NCBI GenBank assembly: GCA_963662465.1
Contig: OY759599.1
Coordinates: forward strand, 4,000,001 to 4,064,000
From: Desulfatiglandales bacterium
GTDB lineage: Bacteria; Desulfobacterota; DSM-4660; Desulfatiglandales; Desulfatiglandaceae
Direction of reading: 5' to 3'
Length of the DNA: 64,000 bases
This document shows positions 19,950 to 28,661 of this stretch, piece by piece. Under the pieces are notes generated by a model. It was not told the DNA's origin. It worked only from the letters and a program-made list of their open reading frames with translations, and made no database searches. The translations under genes were made by a program, and so were the position numbers. Numbering within the stretch: the stretch's first letter is position 1; each line of letters begins with the position of its first letter.

Positions 19950-20131
19950 GTTCTGCATCGTGAACCCAAATTTCCCTGGAAGGATACCATACCGGTAAAC
20001 CATGTCAAGCGGAAATAGGGGTAAAAATCAATTCATGCTGCTTTTTTTACTGTTTTTTTTAAATCAATATCCCGGTTGACAAATGATGCCGCACAGGATA
20101 GGATCAACGACAAAAGTTCAGCGAGGTGAAC
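19950..20131. promoter_or_regulatory. Divergent sigma70 promoters, each followed by a GTTC-N8-GAAC IclR-type operator
   Basis: gttctgcatcgtgaac 19950-19965 and gttcagcgaggtgaac 20116-20131. Minus-strand TTGACA 20003-20008 / TATCCT 19981-19986; plus-strand TTGACA 20076-20081 / TAGGAT 20099-20104. Confidence 0.65.
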
Positions 20132-20134
20132 GCT

Positions 20135-20905
20135 ATGGCCGGAAAATATCAAGCCCCCTCCGTCAGGAAGGCATTTCACATGCTCAGGCTCATATCCAAA
20201 GCCAACCAGGGGTTGGGGATCAGCCACCTGGCAAACCGCATGGAGATCAGCAAGGGAACGGTTCACGGCATTATCAGCGCCCTGGAAGATCTGGGCGCTC
20301 TCATCAGGGATCCTTCCTCAAAAAAATATACCCTTGGCCCTACGCTTTTTGAACTGGGAAAATCCGCTTATGCCGAGCTTGACCTGCGAGACCTTGCCCG
20401 GCAACCCATGGAAAGACTGATGCAGCAGACCAGCACATCGGTCTTCGTGGGAATTCCGAACGGGGACCGCGTCACCATTCTGGACGTCGTCGAATCCAAC
20501 CGGAATCTTAAGATCACAGCCCCCCGCGGGAGTACCGTGCCTTTTCTGGCCGGCGCCATCGGAAAAATTTTCCTGGCAGCCATGGATGAGGAAAAAGCCT
20601 TAAATATCATTAATAAAAATGGGATTCCAAGGTTTACGGAAAACACCATTACGGACCCGGAGCAGTATCTCCTTCACATCCGACGCGCCAGGCAAGAGGG
20701 GTATGCGGACGACGACGAAGAGTATATCGCCGGCGTCCGTGCCGCGGCGGCCCCCATCATGGGAAAACAAGGCATATTGTCGGCCATCTGGGCGGTAGGG
20801 TTTAAAACGGCCCTTGACGATGAAAAAATGTCGGACCTGATCAACGCGATCCAGGAAGCAGCTCAGGAAATCAACGCCCGGGTCAGGGAACACCCACTGC
20901 TATAG
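20135..20905 (+). CDS. IclR-family transcriptional regulator
   Basis: APSVRKAF..HTH (ISKGTVHGII), YTLGPTLFELG, C-terminal GYADDDEEYIAGVRAAAAPI; GAGGTG RBS before ATG 20135. Confidence 0.93.
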   Translation: MAGKYQAPSVRKAFHMLRLISKANQGLGISHLANRMEISKGTVHGIISALEDLGALIRDPSSKKYTLGPTLFELGKSAYAELDLRDLARQPMERLMQQTSTSVFVGIPNGDRVTILDVVESNRNLKITAPRGSTVPFLAGAIGKIFLAAMDEEKALNIINKNGIPRFTENTITDPEQYLLHIRRARQEGYADDDEEYIAGVRAAAAPIMGKQGILSAIWAVGFKTALDDEKMSDLINAIQEAAQEINARVREHPLL

Positions 20906-20988
20906 AACCTTGTTTCCTAAAAACCTGTCATAAGAAATAAGAAATCCATTGACAGAAGAACTTAAAACTTAAAACCGCGGCTTGCCGC

Positions 20989-21540
20989 TTACCCCTCCCA
21001 CCGTCTGAACAGATCATGCTCAATTCCCATGTAATCAAAGACCTTGCCGATGGTTTGGTCAATAATATCCTGAATGGTTTTGGGTTGATGGTAAAATGAA
21101 GGTACGGGGGGCAGAATATGCGCCCCCATGTCCGCCGCCATGGTCATCAGCCGGAGATGCCCCTTGTGAAGGGGGGTCTCCCTGACCACCAGAACCAGCT
21201 TTCGACCCTCTTTCAAATTGACATCCGCGGCCCGAACCAGCAAATTGCTGGTGTATGAATTGGCAATGCCGGAAAGGGTCTTGATGGTACAGGGAACCAC
21301 CACCATGCCGCAGGTCAAAAAAGAACCGCTGGCCAGTGCCGCGCCCACATCCCGGTCCTCATACACCTTATCCGCCATGGCTTCCACCTCGCCGGCAGTG
21401 TATTCCGTCTCGATCTCGATGTTTCGCCTTCCGGAGTCGGAAATAATGAGATGGGTTTCAAAATCCGTTTCCCTGAGCAAACCGAGCATTCTCACGCCAT
21501 ATATGACGCCGCTTGCACCGGCAATCCCCACCACCAGCCT
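20989..21540 (-). CDS. ubiX: UbiX flavin prenyltransferase (start codon uncertain)
   Basis: RLVVGIAGASG, ASGS, PCTIKTL, RAADVNLKEGRKLVLVVRETP, PPVPSFY. The frame is open to GTG 21675 but passes through tandem repeats and a hairpin. Confidence 0.9.
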   Translation of the reverse strand, partial: RLVVGIAGASGVIYGVRMLGLLRETDFETHLIISDSGRRNIEIETEYTAGEVEAMADKVYEDRDVGAALASGSFLTCGMVVVPCTIKTLSGIANSYTSNLLVRAADVNLKEGRKLVLVVRETPLHKGHLRLMTMAADMGAHILPPVPSFYHQPKTIQDIIDQTIGKVFDYMGIEHDLFRRWEG

Positions 21541-21625
21541 TTTGGATTGATGATTGTTGATTGTTGATTGTTGATTGATGATGCGCCCCCCCTTTTGGAT
21601 TGTTGACTGTTGATTGATGATTGCC
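21538..21625 (+). repeat. Two blocks of heptamer repeats GATTG(A/T)T, each preceded by CCTTTTG
   Basis: Five units at 21545-21579 and four units at 21598-21625. Confidence 0.85.
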
Positions 21626-21646
21626 CTACAAGAAAAACCTAAAAGC

Positions 21647-21675
21647 GTGCCTGAACGAGGTTTTCGTTCAGGCAC
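21647..21675 (-). terminator. 12-bp stem hairpin (terminator or REP-like) between the Tm-1-like gene and ubiX
   Basis: GTGCCTGAACGA / TCGTTCAGGCAC, followed on the minus strand by GCTTTTAGGTTTTT. Confidence 0.55.
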
Positions 21676-21681
21676 ACCATA

Positions 21682-22908
21682 TCAAAAAATCTTCAACGCG
21701 ACATCAATAACCGCTTCAGCGAAGGCCGGATCCTCCATATTGGCATCCACCTCCGTGATGGGAATGTTCGGATTCAACTTCTCTCGGAGTACCGCTGTAA
21801 ATACCCGGTCTTCCTCCGGATCGAAAGTGGCGTTTCCCGGATAATCCGCCCCGGACCAACCCTTTTGGGGCACCATCACCCGCACCGGCCCTTTCGCCCG
21901 GTTCAGTTTTTCCGCAAATGCCGCCGCTACCTGTTTCAACTCGTCAGGAGAAAGCCTGATCCAGGTACGGAGTTTATCCAGGTCATATTTCCTGCGCTCA
22001 TGGTATTCGGGTTTGTATTTGCGTTTGGAAGGGGTCATATGATTGACGCTGCAGGTGGAAATGATCTGCGGCACGCCCGCGTTGCCGGCGGCCTCCATCC
22101 GGTGAGGGCCCGCATCCCTCATGAACCCGAAGAGATGTTCGCCCACGCCTCCCGGCGCCAGATCGATCACCCCCTGAAAAAGGCCTGCCGCCATCATTTC
22201 TTCCATGGCGCGATCGCTGATGCCGGCCGCTGAAAAACCGGTTACCTGGTAGCCTTTCCCTTCCAGGGCCTTTCGAACCGAACTGGCGCACTGCTCGCAG
22301 GGCCCCAGCATGGTCATGGCAATGGATTTTGCCGTTTCAGCCCGGGATGATGTCACCACACTCTGAAGCATACCGGCCAGGGCGCAGGCGGCCCGGTCCA
22401 TGACATTTTTCAAGAGATCCGTCACCCCTGCTATTTCGATGACCGAATGAAACAGGATGATATCCCCTGTGCCGATGTACCGGGTGGAGAGCCCGGGTAG
22501 CGCCGCTGTTGAGGAAATCATGAGCTTGGGAAGACCAAAGGGGAGGGACCGCATGACTTCGGTGGCCATCAGACTTCCGGTGGACCCCCCCATGGCAATC
22601 ACCCCATGCAGCTTCCCCTGGGCAAACAGGTCGCCTGCGATTTTGGACGCCCCTTTAATGGTAATATTCGTGTTTTTAGCGCGATCCCTGGAGGCGTGTA
22701 TCTCTTCCAGACTGCTCCCCCCGGCTTCGGCAACCTGCGCCGGGGTAATATCCGCCGGAGATGCCCCTTTCCCCCGCATGGAAATATCCATGAGCAGGGG
22801 GGTAACCCCAAGGGACAAAATCTTGTCCCTCAGGTACAGGGTCTCAACGCCTTTGGTATCCAGGGTGGAAATAATCAAGGCTGTTTTCGGGTTTGAATTT
22901 TCCATCAA
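21682..22908 (-). CDS. Tm-1-like ATP-binding domain protein (UPF0261)
   Basis: STLDTKGVE, GGSTGS, LPFGLPKLMISST, AEKLNRAKGPV..VPQKGWS; overlaps the ligase by 4 nt. Confidence 0.85.
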   Translation of the reverse strand: MMENSNPKTALIISTLDTKGVETLYLRDKILSLGVTPLLMDISMRGKGASPADITPAQVAEAGGSSLEEIHASRDRAKNTNITIKGASKIAGDLFAQGKLHGVIAMGGSTGSLMATEVMRSLPFGLPKLMISSTAALPGLSTRYIGTGDIILFHSVIEIAGVTDLLKNVMDRAACALAGMLQSVVTSSRAETAKSIAMTMLGPCEQCASSVRKALEGKGYQVTGFSAAGISDRAMEEMMAAGLFQGVIDLAPGGVGEHLFGFMRDAGPHRMEAAGNAGVPQIISTCSVNHMTPSKRKYKPEYHERRKYDLDKLRTWIRLSPDELKQVAAAFAEKLNRAKGPVRVMVPQKGWSGADYPGNATFDPEEDRVFTAVLREKLNPNIPITEVDANMEDPAFAEAVIDVALKIF

Positions 22909-24560
22909 CCCTGCTCCGCCTCGACTTTTTCTTTAATCATCTTTTTCAATGTTTCCTTGTTGACCTTGCCGGAATCCCCCACCGCCGGGAATTCGGCCAC
23001 CACTTCCAGACGTTCCGGGAGTTTAAACATGGCCAGTTGCTTTTCTTTCAAAAAAGCCAGCATTTCATCAAAGGTAAAGGTTTCACCCGGCTTGGGAATC
23101 ACGTAAGCGGCGCACTTCTCTCCCATGGCCCGATCCGGATACCCCACAATGGCCACGGATGAGACCTTGGGATGCTCATTGAGCAGACCTTCCACTTCCG
23201 CGGGATAGATGTTCTGACCGCCGCGAATGATCATATCCTTGGCACGACCCATGATCCAGAGGCAGCCCTGGTCGAAACACACGATGTCTTCGGTGGTACA
23301 CCATCCGTCTTCATCAAACACCGTGGCCGTCAATTCCTCGTCCCGGTAATATCCGGCCGGTGCGTGGGGGCCTCTTAAATAGAGAATTCCCGGATCGCCC
23401 TCGGGCACCACATTCCCCTCTTCATCCACAAGACGCACCTTGTTGCCGGGGAGCATTCGGCCCACGGTCCGCCGCCTGAGTTCCTTGGAATCTTCCACGC
23501 TGCAACCGGAGACAGACCCCTTGTCCTGGGTGCCCAGGTCGCTGGTAATACTGGCCCCGAAAGCCTCTTCCGCTTCTTCCGCCACCTGGGGAGACAGATA
23601 TCCGCCGGCAGACCGAATAAACCGCAGGGAACTCAGATCATATTTTTTAACATCCGCTTCCAGCATCCGCACCAGATGGGTGGGCACCACGCCGATGGCC
23701 GTGGCTTTTTCCTTCTCGATGAGGGCCAGTGCCCCTTCGGGTGTAAATTCCTCAAGCATGACGGTCTTGGCGCCGGCAATGGGGGCCGCAAAATAGGTGA
23801 GGGTTCCGGCTGCCCCACCCGCATGGGGCGCTATGGCCATGGTGATGTCATCTTTATTGAGATTCCAGATGCCCACCCGACCCTTGGAGGTGCAAACCCG
23901 GGGCGCTGTCGGCCATTCCACCAGCTTGGGAATTCCCGTAGTGCCGCTGGTGGTGGTCAACAATGCCACATCCCATTTGGCATCCAACCGTCGGTCGTTT
24001 AAGACCGCTTCGTCTATGGGCTTTTGCATCCGTTCTTCCACCATTTGAACCACCGAATAGGTCCCTTCCGGGGCGCCTTCGGGAACCTTATCGTCAAACA
24101 GGAAAAAGTATTTCAAGTGAGAGAAGCGTTTCTGAAGATCCTTGTACATGTCCAAATAATTGAATTTGTGATAGACTTCCGGGATTACCACGGCCGCGGC
24201 CTCGGTTTTCTCCAACATGTACTCCAACTCCCGCTGTCGCAGATAGGGATAAACCGTGAGAGAGATGAGGCCCGCCCGTTCACAGGCAACCCGGGCCAGG
24301 AATCCGTAAACGCTGTTGGGGGACTGGATAATGACCCTGGCCGATTTGGGAATGCCCATTTCCACCCAGGACATGGCCATGGCATCCACCATCTTTTTGG
24401 CCTGGGCCCAGGTCACGCGATATTTGGAATCCACCAGCGCTTCCTGGTCGGGCATTTCCCTGGCGTTGCGATCATAAAAATCATAGAATAATTCTTCGGT
24501 CCAGTGTCCGTCATCTAAGAATTCCTGCACCATTTTTTCTTTATATCGAATCGGTTTCAT
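22905..24560 (-). CDS. AMP-forming aryl/acyl-CoA ligase
   Basis: TTSGTTGIPK P-loop, GRAKDMIIRGGQNIYPAEVE, GEKCAAYV, FKLPERL, GKVNK. Overall layout resembles aromatic/alicyclic-acid adenylating enzymes. Confidence 0.9.
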   Translation of the reverse strand: MKPIRYKEKMVQEFLDDGHWTEELFYDFYDRNAREMPDQEALVDSKYRVTWAQAKKMVDAMAMSWVEMGIPKSARVIIQSPNSVYGFLARVACERAGLISLTVYPYLRQRELEYMLEKTEAAAVVIPEVYHKFNYLDMYKDLQKRFSHLKYFFLFDDKVPEGAPEGTYSVVQMVEERMQKPIDEAVLNDRRLDAKWDVALLTTTSGTTGIPKLVEWPTAPRVCTSKGRVGIWNLNKDDITMAIAPHAGGAAGTLTYFAAPIAGAKTVMLEEFTPEGALALIEKEKATAIGVVPTHLVRMLEADVKKYDLSSLRFIRSAGGYLSPQVAEEAEEAFGASITSDLGTQDKGSVSGCSVEDSKELRRRTVGRMLPGNKVRLVDEEGNVVPEGDPGILYLRGPHAPAGYYRDEELTATVFDEDGWCTTEDIVCFDQGCLWIMGRAKDMIIRGGQNIYPAEVEGLLNEHPKVSSVAIVGYPDRAMGEKCAAYVIPKPGETFTFDEMLAFLKEKQLAMFKLPERLEVVAEFPAVGDSGKVNKETLKKMIKEKVEAEQG

Positions 24561-24585
24561 GTGACGCCTCCCTAATAATCAGGTA

Positions 24586-24621
24586 ATGGGGTAATCGGTA
24601 ATGAGGTAATGGGTAATGGGC
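24586..24621 (+). repeat. GGTAAT(G/C)-based 7-8 nt tandem micro-repeat between ubiD and the ligase
   Basis: ggtaatggggtaatcggtaatgaggtaatgggtaatggg, read directly (the run begins at about 24582). Confidence 0.7.
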
Positions 24622-24665
24622 GACAGGCCCGAAATGCACGACCCGTCGCCCATATGTCGGAAATC

Positions 24666-26075
24666 CTAAAATCCCAGCTCGGACCAGCGGCCCTTGACCT
24701 TGGCGACCATATCCGGATCCAGAACAATGGGGATGGGTTTGTCTTTCCATTCATAGGGGATGGTGGCATCGAGAAGCAACCTGCCCGTAATCTCCCGGCT
24801 CTCAATGGGCAGAGAGGGATCCAGAGGTGTGGATCGGCCCCGTTTGATGACCTGGCTTCGGTTGGGCTGGAACCGGAAACTCAAGGCGTACATGACCCTG
24901 GGGATATCCCAGGCATCGATGTCGTCGTCCACCACGATAACGGTCTTGAGACCGTAGGCCCCCATTTCCGTCGAAATGGCTGCGGTCAGCACCTGATCGG
25001 CGTGACCCGGGTACTTGGTCTCCACGGAGATAATGGCCAGAAACCGTCCGGAACCTTCGGGCGGGCAATAAACGCTCTTGATCCCGGGGATCCGCATCTC
25101 ATCGGTCAACTGCTGCCACAGGGTGGCGCCGTAGGAAAGGGCCATGACCATATGGGTGTCGGTGACGGCCCGACCCACCGTGGTGGAATACATGATGGGA
25201 TTGTCGCGGTGGGTGATGCACTTGATGTCCATAAAGTTTCTGGGATCAGTCCCCACGCCGGAATAGTATCCGGTGTACTCGCCGAAGGGGCCTTCATCCA
25301 TGAATTTTTCGGGATCACACAAGCCTTCCAGTACGATCTCCGCATGGGCGGGAATAGGAAGATCCACGGTTTCTCCCTGGACCACTTCGCAGGCCTCGCC
25401 GCGAATGGAACCATAAACATCGTATTCGCTGATGTTGGCCGAAACCCTGGCAGCGCCCAGGATAAACAGGAGAGGATCGCAGCCAATGATGGAAGCGCAG
25501 GGCATGGGTTTTCCCATTTTCTGGTATTTTTTCAGCATCTGGTCCGCATGTTTCCCTTTAATAAACTGGGTTCCGATTTTGTTTTTGCCCAGCAACTGGC
25601 TTCTGTAGGTTCCCAGGTTCACCCACCCGGAATCGGGATCCTTGGTGATAATAAAATGGGCCGTCCCGATAAATCGTCCACCGTCCAGGGGGAAGAAATG
25701 GGGCACGGGAAACTTGTAAAGATCCACATCGTCGCCCATGATGATATTCTGTTTGCAGGGCGCGTCTTTTTTCTCCACCATTTTGGGAGGAATGGGGTTT
25801 CGGCCCATGTTCACCCACCCTCGCAGAATCTCCGGAAGCGGCGTATCCTTGGGCATTCCCAGGATGAGGGCCAATTTCTGGGCGGAGGTGCAGGTACTGG
25901 TAATCACCGGGGTATCATAGTCCTTGACATTTTCAAAGAGAAGCGCCGGACCTTGGGCTTCCTCATTGAGCTTGGCAATGTGGCTTAACTCGAGGTTCCA
26001 GTCCACTTCCGCGGTGATTCTCTTCAGTTCGCCTTCCTTTTCGGCCAGTTCAATAAAATCTCGCATGCTTTTCAT
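24666..26075 (-). CDS. ppcB: UbiD-family prFMN (de)carboxylase, phenylphosphate carboxylase beta-subunit-like
   Basis: EVDWNLELSHIAKLNEE..GPALLFENVKDY N-terminus as recalled for PpcB; DGGRFIGT, NLGTYR, EGPFGEYTGYY (catalytic Glu motif), VVDDDID, TPLDPS. Confidence 0.75.
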   Translation of the reverse strand: MKSMRDFIELAEKEGELKRITAEVDWNLELSHIAKLNEEAQGPALLFENVKDYDTPVITSTCTSAQKLALILGMPKDTPLPEILRGWVNMGRNPIPPKMVEKKDAPCKQNIIMGDDVDLYKFPVPHFFPLDGGRFIGTAHFIITKDPDSGWVNLGTYRSQLLGKNKIGTQFIKGKHADQMLKKYQKMGKPMPCASIIGCDPLLFILGAARVSANISEYDVYGSIRGEACEVVQGETVDLPIPAHAEIVLEGLCDPEKFMDEGPFGEYTGYYSGVGTDPRNFMDIKCITHRDNPIMYSTTVGRAVTDTHMVMALSYGATLWQQLTDEMRIPGIKSVYCPPEGSGRFLAIISVETKYPGHADQVLTAAISTEMGAYGLKTVIVVDDDIDAWDIPRVMYALSFRFQPNRSQVIKRGRSTPLDPSLPIESREITGRLLLDATIPYEWKDKPIPIVLDPDMVAKVKGRWSELGF

Positions 26076-26463
26076 CAGATCATACCTCCCTAAATGGATA
26101 TTTTCCGCGTTTCACCGAATTACTCTGCAATGTCCCATCGACACCCATTATCAGCGACAAAAACGCGATCACAAGCATTCTTTTTTTGCAACTTTTCCAA
26201 AACACAACTCCCGCCCCCCAAAGACCTTCCAAACGTTCACTGAAACGAACAATCGTCCTCAAACACCGGCAGGGCCGCGCCCGGGCGACAGGCCTCCAAC
26301 ATTCCGGGGAAAACAGACTATCGAATTGAATAATCTAACAAAAAAATAATCAAAAACCGAAGCAGTCGAATTGTACGGCGGGTTCATTCAGACGAAAACC
26401 AGTATTAAGTGGAAGCATAATCCTTCATAAAAAAAATTGTGTCAATTGCATTATTTTTATGGT

Positions 26464-26486
26464 ATTCATAACCTCTAATTATGAAT
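26464..26486. promoter_or_regulatory. LysR-type palindromic box
   Basis: ATTCATAA-cctctaa-TTATGAAT is a perfect 8-bp-arm palindrome containing T-N11-A, 65 nt upstream of lysR in the divergent intergenic region. Confidence 0.65.
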
Positions 26487-26551
26487 GGTTCCGTCCCATA
26501 AAAAACGTGATATTATTACCGTTAAGTGATTAAGATGGATGATTTTCGACC

Positions 26552-27514
26552 ATGCTGAATTTCAACCAACTCCGCATCTTTTACCATGCAGCCAGGAATT
26601 TGAATTTCACCGCCGCCGCCAGGGATCTTTTCATCACCCAGCCTGCTGTAACCGCTCAAATTAAACTGCTGGAAGAATATTGCAGTTTGAAACTATTCAG
26701 AAAAAAAGGTCGCGGCGTCTATTTGACCGATGAGGGCCGGGCACTTTTTGAATACACCAAACATGTATTTGATTACGAAAAGGAGATCGAGTTCGCCATC
26801 GAGGAAATGCGGGAATTGAAACGGGGCATCCTCAGACTGGGAACCACCAAGACCTATGCACGGTACTTCATGCCCTTTCTGCTGACGCGATTCCATCAGA
26901 CCTATTCCGACATTCGCATCCACCTGGACGAAGGCAGCTCTCAGGCCATGGTGCAAAGCCTCATTGATTTTAAAAACGAAATCGTCATTATCGCCAAAAT
27001 CACAAGCCATCCAGGGGTCCGCTTTCTGCCCCTCAGCCGGGAAGGCATTGTGGTAATCGCCCATCCCGACCATCCCCTGGCCGGAAAAGCCGCCATTTCA
27101 ACGGAGGAACTGGCAGAGGAGAGAATCATTATGAAAGAAGGGGGCTCCGGAACAAGGCATCTCATTGACGACCTGTTCATCCGAGCCAACCGGACGCCCA
27201 ACATCGTCATGGAAACCAGCAACACGGAATTCATCAAACTGGAAGTCCAGCGGGGAGAAGGGATCGCCTTTCTGGTGGAATCCGCGGTTTTGCTGGAACT
27301 GGAACAAGGGCTATTGACATCTCTTCCCATCCATGATCAGACCCTCTTTCTGAATGTGAGCATCGCTTATCTGGAAGATCAACAACTCTCCCCCCCTTCC
27401 AGGGCTTTCCTCGAAACCCTGACAAACCTGAGCGGCAACGACATCCCCGCTTTGGGCATCGGCGCCCTGATGACGAAGATCCGAACCCATCGCGACGGCC
27501 TGACGGCAACATGA
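26552..27514 (+). CDS. LysR-family transcriptional regulator
   Basis: LNFTAAARDLFITQPAVTAQIKLLE; KEGGSGTR; divergent from ubiD. Confidence 0.95.
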   Translation: MLNFNQLRIFYHAARNLNFTAAARDLFITQPAVTAQIKLLEEYCSLKLFRKKGRGVYLTDEGRALFEYTKHVFDYEKEIEFAIEEMRELKRGILRLGTTKTYARYFMPFLLTRFHQTYSDIRIHLDEGSSQAMVQSLIDFKNEIVIIAKITSHPGVRFLPLSREGIVVIAHPDHPLAGKAAISTEELAEERIIMKEGGSGTRHLIDDLFIRANRTPNIVMETSNTEFIKLEVQRGEGIAFLVESAVLLELEQGLLTSLPIHDQTLFLNVSIAYLEDQQLSPPSRAFLETLTNLSGNDIPALGIGALMTKIRTHRDGLTAT

Positions 27515-28557
27515 AACCCAAAGCACCAAAACCACCGAAGTCTTCACGGAAAGCAAAGCAGACCCTACTGGTAACGGCATTTCTCTTCCTGTCATGCCTT
27601 TTGCTCATTGCCGCCTGGGGATACCAGACTTTTCAGCCGGTGAATAAAGTGGGGAAAAACCAATATTTCGTGGTGCGGGAGGGGGCAACCCTGAAACAGG
27701 TGGCACTGGACCTCAAAAAAACCGGCATCATCCGGAGCGCCCCCCTCTTTCGCCTGGCAGGCCGCCTCAAGGATTATGACAACCGGATCAAAACGGGAGA
27801 GTATCAGTTAAACAGCGACATGCCGCCTTTAGTCATTCTTGAAATCCTGGAAAAAGGCCAAATCTTCACCCACTCCGTTACCATTCCTGAAGGCTTCAAC
27901 CTGGAGCAGATTGCGGAATTGCTGAACGAAAAAGGCCTTGTCAACAAAAAAGCGTTCATGGAACAGGCTAAAGACGAGACACTGGCGAAGCGCCTGGGAT
28001 TTTCCGGGGGAACACTGGAAGGATATCTCTACCCGGATACCTACCGGTTTCGACGGGATGAAACCCCTGAGAGAGTCATCGGCGTCATGGTGAAACGTTT
28101 TCGGAACATTGTCTCACCCCTGGATCCACAGATAAAAGATTCGGGCATGACGTTGAAACAGGTCATCACCCTCGCATCCATCGTGGAAAAAGAGACGGGT
28201 TGCCCGGAAGAAAGACCCATGATTGCCCGCGTCTTTCTGAACCGTTTGAAAAAAAACATGCGCCTTGATAGTGATCCAACGGTCATATACGGCATCAAGG
28301 ACTTTAACGGGAACCTTACCAAGAAGGATTTAAAAACCAAAACACCTTACAACACCTATGTCATCAAAGGGCTCCCCCCCGGCCCCATCGCAAATCCCGG
28401 GCTGGCATCCATCCAGGCCGTTTTGAATCCCGCGGAGAGCAACTATTACTATTTCGTTTCCAAAAATAACGGCGCCCATTATTTCTCGGAAACATTGAAT
28501 GAACACAACCGGGCCGTGAGGCGGTTTCAGAAAGTCAGACCCAAAAACAGAGGTTAA
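27511..28557 (+). CDS. mltG: Endolytic transglycosylase MltG
   Basis: TIPEG, LEGYLYPDTY, LASIVEKE, DSDPTVIY, PYNTY..GLPPGPIANPG. Confidence 0.95.
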   Translation: MKPKAPKPPKSSRKAKQTLLVTAFLFLSCLLLIAAWGYQTFQPVNKVGKNQYFVVREGATLKQVALDLKKTGIIRSAPLFRLAGRLKDYDNRIKTGEYQLNSDMPPLVILEILEKGQIFTHSVTIPEGFNLEQIAELLNEKGLVNKKAFMEQAKDETLAKRLGFSGGTLEGYLYPDTYRFRRDETPERVIGVMVKRFRNIVSPLDPQIKDSGMTLKQVITLASIVEKETGCPEERPMIARVFLNRLKKNMRLDSDPTVIYGIKDFNGNLTKKDLKTKTPYNTYVIKGLPPGPIANPGLASIQAVLNPAESNYYYFVSKNNGAHYFSETLNEHNRAVRRFQKVRPKNRG

Positions 28558-28661
28558 ATGTCTTGACATAGCCCAATAATTTCCAATATATGAAAGGTTT
28601 TCCGGCACGGGGCAACAAAAGACCTTTTTGTCGGACCGTCATGATATCAAGGAGCATCCGA

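Noticed and set aside
21538..21625. Repeat cluster as a possible CRISPR array
   Set aside because: 7-nt tandem units with no unique spacers; no cas genes in the window.
24609..25988. 459-aa plus-strand ORF, and similar long ORFs such as 37779-38879, 9895-10698 and 16044-16838
   Set aside because: Antisense shadows of well-supported minus-strand genes, with no recognisable motifs.
26170..26205. Sigma54 promoter upstream of ubiD (TTGGAAAAGTTGCA on the minus strand)
   Set aside because: GG-GC spacing is 7 nt, not the required 10.
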